From contig NC_045696.1 of NCBI RefSeq assembly GCF_009834535.1, positions 64,110,001 through 64,174,000 of the forward strand: DNA of 64,000 bases. The letters are read 5' to 3'. Made by a program: the position numbers and the translations under genes. Under the pieces are notes generated by a model. It was not told where the DNA came from. It saw only the letters and a list, made by a program, of their open reading frames with translations, and made no database searches. Below are positions 1 to 13,002 of the stretch, piece by piece. Within the stretch, counting starts at the first letter, position 1. Every line of letters begins with the position of its first letter. Source of the stretch: Camelus ferus. Lineage: Eukaryota.

Positions 1-354
1 TTTTTTAATTATTACATAATATAATCATGGGAGTTACATATAACATGCTAAATTTATAACAATCTAGTTCGAATTGGTACCTTAACTTCAGTAGGAGGCA
101 AAAACTCTACCGCTTTATAGCCCTGTCTCCCTTTTTTATGTTGTCACAGGTTACGTCTTTATCTCTTGTGTGCCCAATAACATAAATATAATTATTTTTT
201 ATGCATCTGTCTTTTAAATCATGTAGAAATAAAAAGTGGAGTTAAAAAACAAAAATGTAATAATATTTGCTTTTATATTCACCCCAGTAGTTACCTTTAC
301 TGGGCAAAATGAGTATGCCAATAAAGAGATAGAAATTATAAAAAAGGATTCTTT

Positions 355-1023
355 TATTTCAGACGTTTTAAATTGAAGTATAGTCAGTTTAAAATGTTGT
401 GTTAATTTCTGGTGTACAGAATAGTGATTCAGTTATACATATATACATATATATTCCTTTTCACATTATTTTTCATTATAGGTTATTACAAGATATTGAA
501 TATAGTTCCCTGTGATGTACAGTGAAACCTTGTTGTTTAACTTTTTTTATTCTTATTTTTATTGAACTGTAGTCAGTTTACAATGTTAGTTTCAAGTGCA
601 CAGCAAAGTAATTATTTATACATATACATAAATACATACATATATATATGTTTTCAGTTTCTTTTCCATTATGGCTCATTACAAGAAATTGAATATAGTT
701 CCCTGGGTTATACAGTAGTTCCTTAATATTTATCTATTTTATATATAGTAATGTATATCAGTTAATCCCAGACTCCTAATCTGTCCCTTCCCCCTGCCTT
801 TCCCCCCTTGTAACCAGAGCTTGTTTTCCATGTTGGTGAGTCTATTTTGGGCTTGTAAATAAAATTTGTATAATTTTTTCTTTTAGATTCCACATATAAG
901 TGACATCTTATGATATTTGTCTTTCTTGTCTGATTTACTACATTTAGTGATAATCTCTGTGTCCATTCCATGTTACTGCAAATGGCATTATTTCATTCTT
1001 TTTTATGGCTGAGTAATATTCCA

Positions 1024-1093
<70 letters not shown>

Positions 1094-1189
1094 TCTTTAT
1101 CCATTCATCTGTTGATGGACATTTAGGTTGTTTCCATATCTTGGCTATTGTAAATAGTGCTGCTGTGAACACCAGGGGTGCATGTGTCT
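355..1189 (-). mobile_element. L1 3' end insertion containing two tandem 3' termini, with target-site duplication
   Basis: Typical L1 3' UTR/ORF2-end sequence. TSD taaaaaaggattcttt (339-354) and taaaaaaagattcttt (1190-1205). Confidence 0.85.
1025..1090. repeat. (TA)33 microsatellite inside the L1
   Basis: Perfect TA run. Confidence 0.98.
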
Positions 1190-1205
1190 TAAAAAAAGAT
1201 TCTTT

Positions 1206-2590
1206 AAAAAGAATGTCTTTTGGCTTCTTTTTAAAATTCCTCTCTCTTTGCTGTTATTCTCCTTTTGTTCACACATTATTTTCCTAGTTTCCTTTAGTTC
1301 CTTTGTCCATGATTTCCTTTAGTTCTTTGAGCATATTTAAGACAGTTTTTTTTTTTAGAGTCTTCACCCAGTAAGTCCAATGTCTGTGTTTCCTCAGAAT
1401 TTATTTCTGTCAATTTATTTTATTCCATTCAATGTTATAATGCTGTAACTCTGGAAATCAGATTCTCTCCCTTCCCCAGGGCTTGATATTTGGCTGCTTT
1501 TTGAAGACTGTAGTAATCCATTTATTTAGTAACTTTTCTATACTATTTTTGCAAAGGTCGTATCAGTTGTCATGTGTGGTCACTAAAATCTCTGTTGCTT
1601 TAGCTTTTGTTAAGCCAATGTTTTGACAGGGATTCCACTGAATTCCAAGAATTTAAAAACAGGAATATAGAAATACCTGTCCCAGTCTTTGCAGATTGGC
1701 TCTGTGCCAGGGCTCTTCAGCACTTAGCCACTCTTGTGCTGAGTCTAGCGATCATCCAGGGCTGAAAACTTAGGGTCTTTTCTGGTCTTTTCTGAGCCTA
1801 CATCTTGCCCTGAGCATGCACATGACTTTCTATGTTCCCCAACATACACAGGTACTTTTGAATACAATGATTTTTTAAACAAATGTTCCTTAACTTTTCT
1901 ACCTAGTCTTCGGATGGTTATTTTATGTCTCAACTGTAGTCTTTAGCTCTAGGCGACTGTGGGTAGTTTGTTAGCCTTACAGTGTTTTCAAGGAATGTAT
2001 GCTGCTCTTCCACCCGGAGCGAGTTTTGTATTAGGTGACACAGAGGTGAGCACCTTGCACCAGTCCTTCAGGTAGCCCCTAGACAGGATAGGACAGACAT
2101 ACACAATCATTTGTGGATAAAGTCTACTTTTTCCCTTTTGTAACCAGGTACCAGGGTCCCCAACTGGGAATGCAGACACCCATCTTCAAGATTGCCACTG
2201 AGCTAAGGAGAGAGAGGGGCTGGGGCAAGTAAAAATACCACACAGCTTTCCTCTCATTTTTTAAAAGTTTTTAGTTTCATTTTTGGGGGGGGTAATTAAG
2301 TTCATTTATTTAATTATGTATTTAATGGAGGTCTTGGGGATTGAACCCAGGACCTCATGCAAGCCAAGCATGTACTCTACCACTTGAGCTACACTCTCCA
2401 CCCCTATCCTTCCATTTTTAAGTTGTCTTTTTCTTGACTCTGCATTTTGCTTGGTTGCTGTAAATCTGTGTCTGTTTTTCAGAGTTCTGACAAAGTTGAT
2501 TCTGATTGTTTCTGCATGTTCTTCAGTGTTTCTATAGAAGTATGGGATCTTGGAGCTGCCTAATCTACCATTTTGTTGATGTCACTCCTT
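1206..2590 (-). mobile_element. Old L1M-type ORF1/5' region, interrupted by a SINE
   Basis: Degenerate similarity to recalled ancient L1 ORF1/5' sequence, e.g. tcctttagttctttgagcatatttaagacag. Boundaries approximate. Confidence 0.55.
2257..2404 (-). mobile_element. tRNA-derived SINE (camelid Vic-1-like)
   Basis: Reverse complement has A-box (tagctcaagtggtagag) and B-box (gggttcaatccc) plus an AT-rich tail with taattacccccc. Same family as 12489 and 44509. Confidence 0.8.
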
Positions 2591-3118
2591 ACTTTGTAAT
2601 TTTGTATTTGAAAGCATTACTTCTTAGTGACTGCACGTTGTTTCATTGTAGAGGTGTACCATAATTTATTGTAAATTATGCTGTGATGAACATCTTTCTA
2701 AATCTGATTTTTTAGCTTAGGAGAAATTTCTGAAAGTGGAATAAATGTGTCAAAAGTTATGAACATTTTTTAGTCTCTTCCTATTTATTGCTTAATTGCC
2801 CTGCAGAAGGTATTTTTGTGTCAATTTATGTTTCCACAGGCAATGTATGAGAGTGTTCATTTCATCTGTAATTTAATAGTCTTTCTCTATTTAATAGGGG
2901 GAAAGGCATCTTCTGGTTGTTCTATGTCTGCTCTCTTAAGAGTTCCTCATATGGCTTGAGTTTGAATTCATTCATTGCTGTGTTCCCTCGCTTTGTGATG
3001 TATTTCAATTTACCAATTTTCTAAATATATGTGGGTCCAAGAAGTTACACCACTTCTTCTGGTGAAGAATACAACATTTTCCTGTTCTCATATATAAAAG
3101 TTTGAATTTATTTTCTAG

Positions 3119-3290
3119 TGAATTTGAATGGTGCCTATCCCAAGCTGGTGCCTTTCAGACCTGCAGGACGGCTGATCTCCCCACCTCTGCTACTCTCTGT
3201 GATTTTCAACATTCTTCTCAGCCTGGCCATGCACATTGTGGGCTTCATTCTGGTACAGAGGCAGCCTTGGTATTCCATGGAGATGCACAG
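3119..3290 (+). CDS. ATP13A4: ATP13A4 coding exon, 5th from last (…MNLNGAYPKLVPFRPAGRLISPPLLLSVIFNILLSLAMHIVGFILVQRQPWYSMEMHS)
   Basis: Acceptor ttttctag ends at 3118; donor CAG|gtatga at 3290/3291. Translation closely matches the recalled C-terminal membrane region of mammalian ATP13A4. Phase 1 to 2. Confidence 0.95.
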
Positions 3291-3788
3291 GTATGATCAC
3301 AGCCTCGTTTCCAGCTTCTCACATTCTAATTTCTGTCGAACATTGTGCGGCCCATATGATGAGAGGCAAATGGATCTTCATTCTGCCAAAAGCTTTGGCT
3401 TCCTTAAGGCCCTTGGCAATTTTCCAGTCATCTTCTCTTCTCTGTAGCACAGTTTGTGGTGTCATTCATTGACACGTGTCTTTGCTCATCTTGTATGATA
3501 ATAAACCATGTCCATCTTTTATATCTAGGGTGACCATGCATTATAGTCCGGCTAGGCAGCCCTAGTCTAAGTCTGATATCCCAATGAAATGATTAATTTT
3601 TCCCTTTCACATTCACATCTGTGCCTGTTGGATGATAAAATTATATGGTCATTCTGCTTGTAAATGTTCAGAGATCTTAAGCAAACAGAAGGAATAATCA
3701 TGACTTACTTACTGTCTTTTTCTCGCAAATAGCCTTAACACATGATCGGTGCCCAATTTATTGAATATATAACTTAGCTGAATTTGTT

Positions 3789-3860
3789 ATCTATCTATCT
3801 GTCTATCAATCTATCTATCTATCTTCTATCTTCTATCATCATCATCATCTGTCTATCTAC
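3789..3860. repeat. Compound (CTAT)n/(ATC)n microsatellite
   Basis: Direct reading. Confidence 0.85.
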
Positions 3861-4023
3861 CCAAAATATAGCTCTATACATGCTGGTTTATTTCTTCAGT
3901 ATATTCTTTCTCAAAGTATAGGCAATTATAAAAGCATTGAGGACATGCAGTTGTGTGGATACAAATGCTTCATAAGGACTTGCCATCTCCCTTCTTCATC
4001 AGTTTCTTTGGTTTCCTTTTTAG

Positions 4024-4217
4024 TGCCTGCACGATGCGAAATGAAACCATCTCAAAGTTAACCGTTTCTCCAACTGCTCTAGAAAAGAATGGAAGTAACG
4101 GTGACTTCCCAAGTTTTGAGAATACTACTATATGGTTCTTGGGAACAATCAATTGCATCATTGTGGCTCTTGTCTTCTCTAAAGGAAAACCATTCAGGCA
4201 GCCCACCTACAGAAACT
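4024..4217 (+). CDS. ATP13A4: ATP13A4 coding exon (SACTMRNETISKLTVSPTALEKNGSNGDFPSFENTTIWFLGTINCIIVALVFSKGKPFRQPTYRN)
   Basis: Acceptor cctttttag ends at 4023; donor ACT|gtgagt at 4217/4218. Joins in frame with both neighbours. Contains the P5B-type FENTT and FSKGKPFRQP segments. Confidence 0.95.
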
Positions 4218-5308
4218 GTGAGTAGGACTATACCAGATCAGAGGTGAGATGTCATCAGAGAGGAGGACAAGCCTGGGTCACTCAAGGAGCACTTTCAGAC
4301 TTGGTGCATCTAGGGTCTCCTGACTTCCACTCCAGGGCTCTGTAAAAAAAAAAAAATATATGCAGTCTCATTTCTGGTCCCTTTCTACCTCCTTCAAAGC
4401 TGCATTAATACTAGGGCTTCTTAATCCACCTTTTTCCTTCACTCGAAATTTAGGTGTCTTCTCATGGGATCACTCCAGATGAGGAAGACACATTTCTCCA
4501 CTTTGTCAGTACTTGTCAGAATTCATCTTGGAGGAAGTTGGGAGAAGGGTCACAGTACTCAGTTGGAAGTGTCTCCTGCCGTGTATAAGATGGTCAGGAT
4601 GGCATTGTGTGGTTGGCAGTTCTGGGAGTGATTCCAGCCTGGAGGAACCTGACTATAGAAGATTATTGAGGCTCTTGGCCAAAGTACCTGTCACCTCGTT
4701 ACACTCTGGGCTGGGGGTGGAGGTGTGTGTTAGGAGAAGTGGGTGACCTGGTTAGCCTTTGAGACTTTTATTTATATAGCATCGCCATTCCTCTAATTGG
4801 GAAAATTTAGAAGAAAAAGTTGAAGAATTAATATCATCATAAAAATCTGTTTGGAGAAAGTTATTTTACTCTTCTTCAGATGACGAAGCAGTCGAATGTG
4901 ACCTTCACACAATTGCAATTTAAACATTTGTTTAATTTCAGCCCTTCTTTTTTCCAGAGAAGGATTTGAGGCAGATGATTTGCATGAAGGAGACCCAGAT
5001 ATTTGGCTATCTCCAAGGCATTTATTGAAAATGTATTTTGCCAATGTTACCCTATATATAGTTCCCATTTTTATTAATTGAAACATATAACATGCATGTC
5101 AAAATTTCCACTTACCTCAAGGACAGGCATAGACATTGCAGAGGTGAGACCCATTGCATAGAAATGAGTACTCTTCATCCTTTATGCTGTGTTAGGTGTA
5201 GAAATCAAGTAAATTTAATCAGTGTTAATCTAAAATATGTCTATCAATAAGTGTAACACTCTGTACTCAGATTTATCTAAATGATAGTTTGTGTTCTTAT
5301 TTCCTCAG

Positions 5309-5397
5309 ATATATTTGTCCTTGTACTGGCCATACAGCTGGGTGTGTGTCTATTCATTCTATTTGCTGATTTTCCAGACTTATATAGGCGTTTGGAT
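5309..5397 (+). CDS. ATP13A4: ATP13A4 coding exon (YIFVLVLAIQLGVCLFILFADFPDLYRRLD)
   Basis: Acceptor ttcctcag ends at 5308; donor GAT|gtaagt. 89 nt, phase 1 to 0, hydrophobic helix. Found by manual translation; not in the ORF track. Confidence 0.93.
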
Positions 5398-7089
5398 GTA
5401 AGTTTTATTTCTGGGATATGATGAGATTTTGTAGTTATATAACATCCTGACTTCAAAAAGCAAGTCACAATTACAGTTGACATGAATTCTTGACACCAAT
5501 TACTCTTTTGAGATGATAAGGTTAAAAAGAATGCTGAGTTTATTCATACTTTTTTATTTAAGCTGATCAGGAAATAAAATTCTGTCCAATCTTGACTAAG
5601 TATTTCAAATACATTGAACATTTTTCTTTTCAAAGATCCCTGTAAGATTGGAAATTCTATTTATACATCTTCTCTTCCAAATGTGACAGAATTTTCCTCT
5701 AAATGGTTTTGTTTTGAAGCTGTTTAAAACAGTTTTGCCTATAACACTTTTGGGGTTAGTTCTCAAATCTGTATTTACTTTTTTTTTTTAACTCTTTAAA
5801 AACATGCTTTTCTGTATGTACATAATGTCTATGGAACTTACTTTAAAAGATTCATATTTTGAAACTCATAAACTCCCTTAAATTTTCTAATTTTAAGACA
5901 ACTTTGAAACTCTGTAAGAGACAGAAATTTTACATATTCAAGCAAGGGGAAATATACATATTTTAATTCCTCTAATCTGTTCTTTTAAATTTGATTTAAT
6001 CATTGCTAACTACCCTTTAGACCAATAAATGAAGTACAGAAGGGATGATAGAAAAACTGAGCTCTTAGTTCTTTGTGAAGTTGCCTGTCTGCTTCTCCAT
6101 CTCAAAGATAAGTTTCACATGAAGGCCAAGATCCTGTCTTATTCCTTCTTATATTACCAGTGCCTGTCATAGTGAACGGCACATAAAGACAGTGACTGAC
6201 TCATCATTGCACATCAGCTTCCTAAATGTAGACAAGCATTTGGACTACATAGTGCATTCCAAACCAGCAGCACCTTCACAAACCCATGGTGAAGTTTGAC
6301 ATCCAAACTGATATCTACATTCAGTTTTTCATTTTTGTAATTGTATTGCTGTGATTAACAGTGTAGTTGTATTCGTGAATTAGATTAAGTACTCATGGAG
6401 ATAAAAAGAATCTTTGCCCACTAGTCTTCTAAATGAATTAAAACTTCTTAGTCCTGCCAAAGTTAAGGTTAAGACATGTTGGATTTAGTTACACTCTTTA
6501 ATAGAGAAGACTCCTACAGGAGAGCTGGGTCCTCTGTTATAACAAAATAAGGAACATATTTGGTGTGGAGGGAACTGATGTGTGGAGTCATTGTCAGCAT
6601 GACTTCAAAAGATTCTGCAAAGACTTATTGCTTACCTTAAAAATAGTTATTTTTCTTATTATTACATAAAATTATGAGTGCATTTAGAACATGTAAATAT
6701 GCAGGCAAGGAAAATGATAACATTATTGACTATAACCTTTGATGTTTGAAAATTCATGTATTATAAATGTTCCTTTGATTTATGACGTCTAGTTATTTTA
6801 AATGGGATCATGCTACTTTGCAGCCTAGTTATTGCTCACTTAAAAAATGCATGAATTTTTTCAAATAGAGAAAACGTTCACATGATTTTAAATTCTAAAG
6901 TTAGAGAAGTTATGTTGTGAGAACCTCCCTCCCATCCTTGTTCCCCAACTCCAAGTTCCCCTCTCTAGAGACAACTGATAACCCCAATTTATTTTACACA
7001 CTTTTAGAGATACATTATACTTATGTATGAATATATTCCTTATATGTATTTTCTGCCACATTTTTACCCAAATAGTAGGAAACTATTAC

Positions 7090-7485
7090 ATTTGTCCAAG
7101 TCTTTTGAGATGGAGATGTTGTTGTGAGGTGTAAGACAGGTATTGGAGGAATTATCTATGGGGGGAAAAGGTTAGGAGGCCAGAGGAGGTGGGGAGGGCA
7201 CCACATTAGGAAGTGGGTCTGACCCTCGTGAAGGACAGAGGGCAAGAAGGAGGACTGCGTGAGCAGCTTCGGACTGCCACGCAAGTCCAAGGAAGTCAAG
7301 GCCAAAGTTGCCCATCAGAGGTGTCTAGTGTTCCACAAGAATGTGTGTGATTAGAAGCCCTGCTTTCCTCGGTTATTAGCTATGAGGGGCCCAGGGGAAG
7401 TGTGGCCTTAAGGTGAATGTGGTGGTAGAGTCTGAGCATAGCCTTTGGAGTTTCAGCCCTTTGGTTGATCCTCCCAGCATAGAGT
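7090..7485. mobile_element. ERVL-type LTR remnant (LTR16/LTR33-like)
   Basis: Recalled similarity only; degenerate. Confidence 0.4.
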
Positions 7486-8276
7486 TGTAACAGTTTTTAC
7501 TCCCACTGATGTATAAGGCAATACATGAGGCAGTGCCAGGTACAAAAAAAGTGCTCCTGGCTTCGTTTCACTCATTCATCCATTGAATTATACATGTATA
7601 TCATATATATCACATGCCTGGGGAGGGATCAGGGAAGATACAGAGAAAGTGGGGAAAGAGACAGGTCGTGACAGCTGAATTCAGCCCTGATTGCTCCACT
7701 GGCAAGTGCCCTTACGATGGCACAGCTTGGGCAGCTGTATGCACAGCCCTGGGGGTTAAGCCCTGACCCAGGGCTCAAAAGCAGGGTTCAGCTGAAGGGA
7801 GATGTGGCACCAGAGGGAAGAGGGCAATGCTGCCCAGTGTGGAGGTTTGACACGTGTACCCTCAGAGCTTCCTGGGGAGAGAGCCACAGTCCTGTATTCC
7901 CTCATAAGAAAACAAGGCAAGCAAACAAAAAGCCACTTTTACTTTTTTTTTATTGCAAAGTGACCAAATTATTTTAGAAAATTTTGAAGTTACGAAGGAA
8001 AAAGAAAGAAAGGAAGATAAAAGAAAGCTACAGAGTCCCCAAATCATCGCAAGCATTGAATGTAATCCTTCCACATTTTCTGTGCAGTCATGCATAGAAA
8101 ACTTACATGTATGAAGTATGTATCTGTGTCTCAAGGTAACACATACCTACACATACATGATGTGTCTATTACACCAGTAATTTATAACCTATGAAAATGC
8201 ACATCGTGAATGCATGAACATTTTTGCAGCATCATCTGTGTCTTCAGACTGACTGTGCTTCTCCGTTTCCCACCAG

Positions 8277-8357
8277 CTGCTCTGCACGCCTGCCCTGTGG
8301 AGGGTCTACATCATCATTATGCTCAGCTCCAATTTCATTGTGTCCCTTATTGTGGAG
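8277..8357 (+). CDS. ATP13A4: ATP13A4 penultimate coding exon (LLCTPALWRVYIIIMLSSNFIVSLIVE)
   Basis: Acceptor tttcccaccag ends at 8276; donor GAG|gtaagt. 81 nt, phase 0-0, last hydrophobic helix. Confidence 0.93.
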
Positions 8358-8611
8358 GTAAGTGTCCTCAGTTTGCTGAACACACTGGTTGGGGCGGTGG
8401 AGCCGTTCTTTGGGAGTCTGGAGAAGGAAGAGGTTTAGCTGAGGAGGATCAACAGTGCAAGGTGCTCCCTTCCTTGGCAACATGAGCAACGATGTTTCTG
8501 TCTGATGAATTCCAAGCAAGGCATTAGTTTTCTTATCTGTGAAGTGGAGCTGGGGAGAATGGAACAAGGTCCTATTTTTTTCTGTAATTCACAAATAAAG
8601 ACTCAACTCAA

Positions 8612-8920
8612 TTTATTTTTTTGAAATTGAGGTGTGATTTGCATACTATAAAATTCACCTTTTGCAAGTATCCAATTCAGTCATTTTTAGTATGTTTGCT
8701 GAGTGTGCAACCACCACCACTAATTCCAGAACATTCTCATCTCCCTGAAAGAAACCCTGTACCCATTAGCAGTTGCTCCTTATTTCCCTTTCTTCCTCCT
8801 TCACCCCATAGCAACCACTAATCTATTTTCTGTCCCTGTGGATTTGCCTATTCTGGGCATTCCATATAAAGGGGATCATACAGTAGATGGCCGTTTGTGT
8901 GTGGCTTCTTTCACTTAACA
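8612..8920 (-). mobile_element. L1MB-type 3' end
   Basis: Characteristic aaattcacc…gtgcaaccaccacc…ttccagaacatt…ccccatagcaaccactaatcta sequence. Confidence 0.8.
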
Positions 8921-9379
8921 ACTTGTATCATTTTCACTTTACAGATGGGAAATGAGATTCATAGTGTGCTTTTCCCGACGTTTATTCTTTATGCTCCATT
9001 TCCTCAGTAAAACGAACTTGTATTTCTCCTTTCCCTCGCTGCGTGGTTCACTCTCTCCTCCTTCAGTGCTGTTAGATACAATCTCCATTTCTTTAAGCCC
9101 ACTCTTGGGGGCGGGGTGTCCCAGAAAAGGCATCCGTTTCGTGGGAGAGATGAACTAGAAGACTGCACCTGTCCCTGTTCCTGCTCTCAGCTACAAGCCT
9201 AGGCTTGTTCCAGTGAGGGGCGACTCATGGGGAGCTGAGAGCTCCTGGAGGCTGACTTCCCTGCGGTATTTTATGGGCAGAAGCTCAAGGAACCTTCCTT
9301 ACTAAGCAGGGTAAAGGTTGCACAGGAGCTGGTGGCAGAACAGGACAGAATTAGGATAAGGAGCATCTCACTTCTAAGG

Positions 9380-9560
9380 GCTTCTCAAACCACAGTGGGT
9401 ATCAGAACCCCTGGAGGGCTTGTTAAAACACAGATTGTCCAGCCCTGCCCCAGCATTTCTGATTCAGTAGGTCTGTAGTTGACACAAGCTTTTGTTTCTA
9501 ATATGTTACCTGGTGATTCTGAAGCAGCTGACTCCGGGACCACACTGAGAAGTTCTATGC
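9380..9560. mobile_element. MER5A-like hAT MITE
   Basis: ttctcaaac…cctggagggcttgttaaaacacagatt…tctgattcagtaggtctg…ggaccacact. Confidence 0.8.
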
Positions 9561-9805
9561 TAAACCATATGCTCTCCAAAGAAACCAAATTAATAATAGA
9601 GCATCACCATGGGAGTCCTTTATGGAGTTGCAGGGAGATGATCCTCGTCCTTTATGGGATAACCTTATGTACATATCTTGTCGCTGTCCACAGTCACATC
9701 ATTTCCTGTCTAGAACATCTTTCTCCATTTCTGCATACTGAAATGCCATTCCACCCTCTATGGCACAGCTGTGGCATTATCCTGTTCATGAATTTTTCCT
9801 GATGC

Positions 9806-10370
9806 CTGAATCAGTTAGGCAAGTAACTAAGTTCAGTTAACAGTGGCTTAAACAATAAAGGTATTTATTGACTCACTTAACGAGAAGATTGGAGGTGAGT
9901 GGCTTCAGGTCTAGTTTAGTGACTCTGTGGCATCCTTGGGGATCCACGTTCTTCCACCATTCTTCTGTGTCACCATCCTTAGAGGCTGACCTTTTGTGTT
10001 GGTGGTTGTTGCTTATGGTACCCAGCTAGCTCCCATTCTGTTTTCCCATTCTGGGCATTCTGTTTTCAGTGCAGGAAAAAATATGGAAGATGAGGCACCA
10101 GCAAGCTTTTTCCCCTCAAGTATAAACTTTTTATCAGACAGCAGAAAAATGTCTCACAGCCCACCAACAGGTTTCCTCTTATGTCTCATTGCTGAGGACT
10201 TTATCTCATCTTCATCTTTAGAAGAAAAGTATTCTGGGGAAGTGGATCTATGCCAAAAAGTTAGACAGATTGGCTCAGACTGTTTATGATTTTTTTGTTT
10301 TCTTTTTAGGTGGGCAGGGAAAAGCTGAGAGGAATGGGCTGTAGGGTAATCAAGCAGCAAAGTCTGCCGT
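9806..10370 (-). mobile_element. MaLR LTR (old MLT1 family)
   Basis: cagtggcttaaacaataaagg…tttatt and a terminal gcaaagtctgcc typical of MLT1 in reverse orientation. Approximate. Confidence 0.6.
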
Positions 10371-10414
10371 AATCCCCCAGCAGGAAGCCATTCTACTGTC
10401 AGTATATTTGCAGT

Positions 10415-10630
10415 TAAGAGTATACACTGGGGAGTAGTCTACCTGGGTGTGAGTCCTGGCTCCACCCTTTCCTGCTATCTGACTTTGGTTAAAGTTACTA
10501 CACTTCTCTGCATCTCTGTTTCCTCATCTGTAAAATGATGATAATAATGGTACCTTATCTCATAGGGTTACTGCGACCATGAAATGTGAACAGTGAAAAG
10601 CACAGTGCTTAGTAAATATCAGCTATCATT
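10415..10630 (+). mobile_element. MIR SINE (one of many; others near 12260, 16740, 21110, 27370, 30780, 36100, 37720, 54580, 60130)
   Basis: Core tctgtttcctcatctgtaaaatg…ataataatggtacc…catagggtt. Confidence 0.85.
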
Positions 10631-12488
10631 TTTATATTATCTCTTGTGGTACTTACCATTCCTTACTTTGTATCTCTCAATCATTTTCTCATTCACTTTT
10701 TCCACAAGCACTTGTCGAACATGTGCTATGTCCTAGGGCATGATGTGAAAGGGAGAATGGCAGAGGGGTAGAGCTCACAATCACAATCTACAGGGAGAAA
10801 GAGGACAAGCATTATCATTATTTGGGTATAAATTTCTTCACTTGCCATTAAACTGTGGTGGCAAAAAGTCGTCTCGGTAGCCATAGCACCTGAAACCCTG
10901 CTTTATTCTCATAGGAGCTGGGTAAAGGCTTATTCAATTGTTAAATGTAAGAAGTGAGCCTGCCCACCCCCAGCAGACGGAGAGGGTAGTTTGATACTCA
11001 TGAAACAGGTTTGAGTGAGACCTTATCCTTACTTTGCTGAGTCTCATAATCTAACCTCCTGCTAACAGGCAGGGGAGCTAACGTGGATAGCTTTAACCCC
11101 TCTCTTTTTATTACTTATGTGTTTATTCATATACGTATGAATTACTTGAACAGCCAATCAGAAGAGCTTGTATAATGAAGTTTTCGTTTGTTTATTTTAA
11201 GAAGTGGTATCTCATCAAGGCATTCCTTTTTGTTTCTAGTTCTGCATTTAATGTACAATGTAGAGTGACAGGGCAGATCATCGCTCAGTGGTTTCCTTGT
11301 AGGGCAACAAAGCAATACAGATCATCCTACTTCTAGAACTGTAGAAAAGCTCAGGACATGGTATAGAGCACTCAAATCTTTCTCTGTGTGTATGTTCATC
11401 TGTTTTGTCTAAATCCTGCTAAGATTTCCTGGAGGTGAGTTAGATTTTAAAACCTTTCATTGGATACCTATGATCCTCCTTATCCCAGCTCTAAGGAGAA
11501 CTATTGTTCTTCTGTTAATTAAGGACAAATAATCTTGCTGTGGGAAAGTGGAGTAACAGGTCTGGCAAGGTGATCCCTGAGGTTGGCAAGATGCAGATGA
11601 GATGGCTGTGTGGACGTTTAACAGCCTGTCAGCAGATGATCAGTTTTTAGAGGAATATTCAGGTTAGTTGTTCTCTGTCATTTCCATGGGCAGCAGATTC
11701 AGATGTCAAAGAGGGGTGGATTTTAGGAAACTATTATCTCTAGCAAAGTTCCCTGTAGAATCCTACAGAATTAACTCAGTTTAGCAAAGACACCACTGAT
11801 AGACACCAGAACCAGTTCCAATCCTGCGGGACGCTCGGTTCCCCATGTTTTCCTCTTCATTTCTTTCCTGATCACTTCTAAGATGGTCAACCTCTCTGAC
11901 CACATATGATTTTTAAAAAAATGAAATTAACATGATAACCTCTCATGCACTCTGTTTTACAAGTTATAACTTGGGCTCTATTCGAGGCTCAGTCTAACTC
12001 ATGACATAAATGGCAGTCCAAAATGTTTCCAAAGAGACATAACTTTTGTAATCTTAAAAAAACACATTGCAGTGAAATATTTGTAAGTGAAGATTGAAGG
12101 CTTATGTGAATAAGGCCACAACGCACAGCCATTTGTTAAAGGAATAGTTCAGAAGAATGGTAAAGGGAGGCAGCTATGCCAAGCCATGCCCTGCATTGTG
12201 AGGGAAGGTGTTTAACCTTTAGGACAAATGTAAGAGGAAGGAATTATTATTTCTAATCACTAAGGCTCAGATGGGGTAATTAATTTGCCCATAGTAGGTG
12301 TCAGAGCTGGGACTCAAACCCCGATCTGCCCAATTCCAAGACTGAGGCCCACATTCCAATTTTATCCACCTGTGTTCATGACTGTGCAGCTCGAGTACAC
12401 CCAAGCCACATCATATAAGTGGCACATCTTTCTATAGGGATAGTACCATTTGGTAGTAAGTAATTTTAAATGTCATTTACATTAATAA

Positions 12489-12650
12489 TTTTTTTTCCTT
12501 TTTTCTAGTTTGTTTCTTTTCTTTTGCGGGGGGTAATTAGGTTTATTTATTTATTTATTCATTAGTTTTTAATGGAGGTACTGGGGATCGAACCCAGGAC
12601 CTCATGCATGTTAGGCATGCACACTACCACTGAGCTATACCCTTTCCCCC
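12489..12650 (-). mobile_element. tRNA-derived SINE (camelid Vic-1-like)
   Basis: Reverse complement reads ggggaaagggtatagctcagtggtag…gtcctgggttcgatccccagtacctccattaaaa…aaacctaattaccccc. Confidence 0.85.
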
Positions 12651-13002
12651 ACCAAATGTGGAGGTAGTAAGGAGTGGACTGCAGAATTTGGATGCTTTTA
12701 AGTTTAATTTACATATGAGATTCAGAAGAAATTTCATCCTGGAGGCAGACTACTTCAAGCTATGTTTCTGGATTCTTGAAAATATGTACCTCTCTCTTCT
12801 CCCCAAAGAGTTTCTTAAGTGAAAAAGTTTGAGAGGCCATGATCTATTGCTTGAAACCACCTTGGATCTGTCGGAGGCTCAAGTTCTTTGTCAAGCTGGC
12901 TTGAAGCAGCCAGTGCAGTGGTGCCTCATGAGGGTCTACGGAAGGCTGTACTCTGGAAAGACTTAGTTTCTGACTGTAAAGAGTAACTCTTTTCTTTTTC
13001 AG

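Noticed and set aside
970..1287. 105-aa ORF with a YI repeat
   Set aside because: Translation of a (TA)n microsatellite inside an antisense L1.
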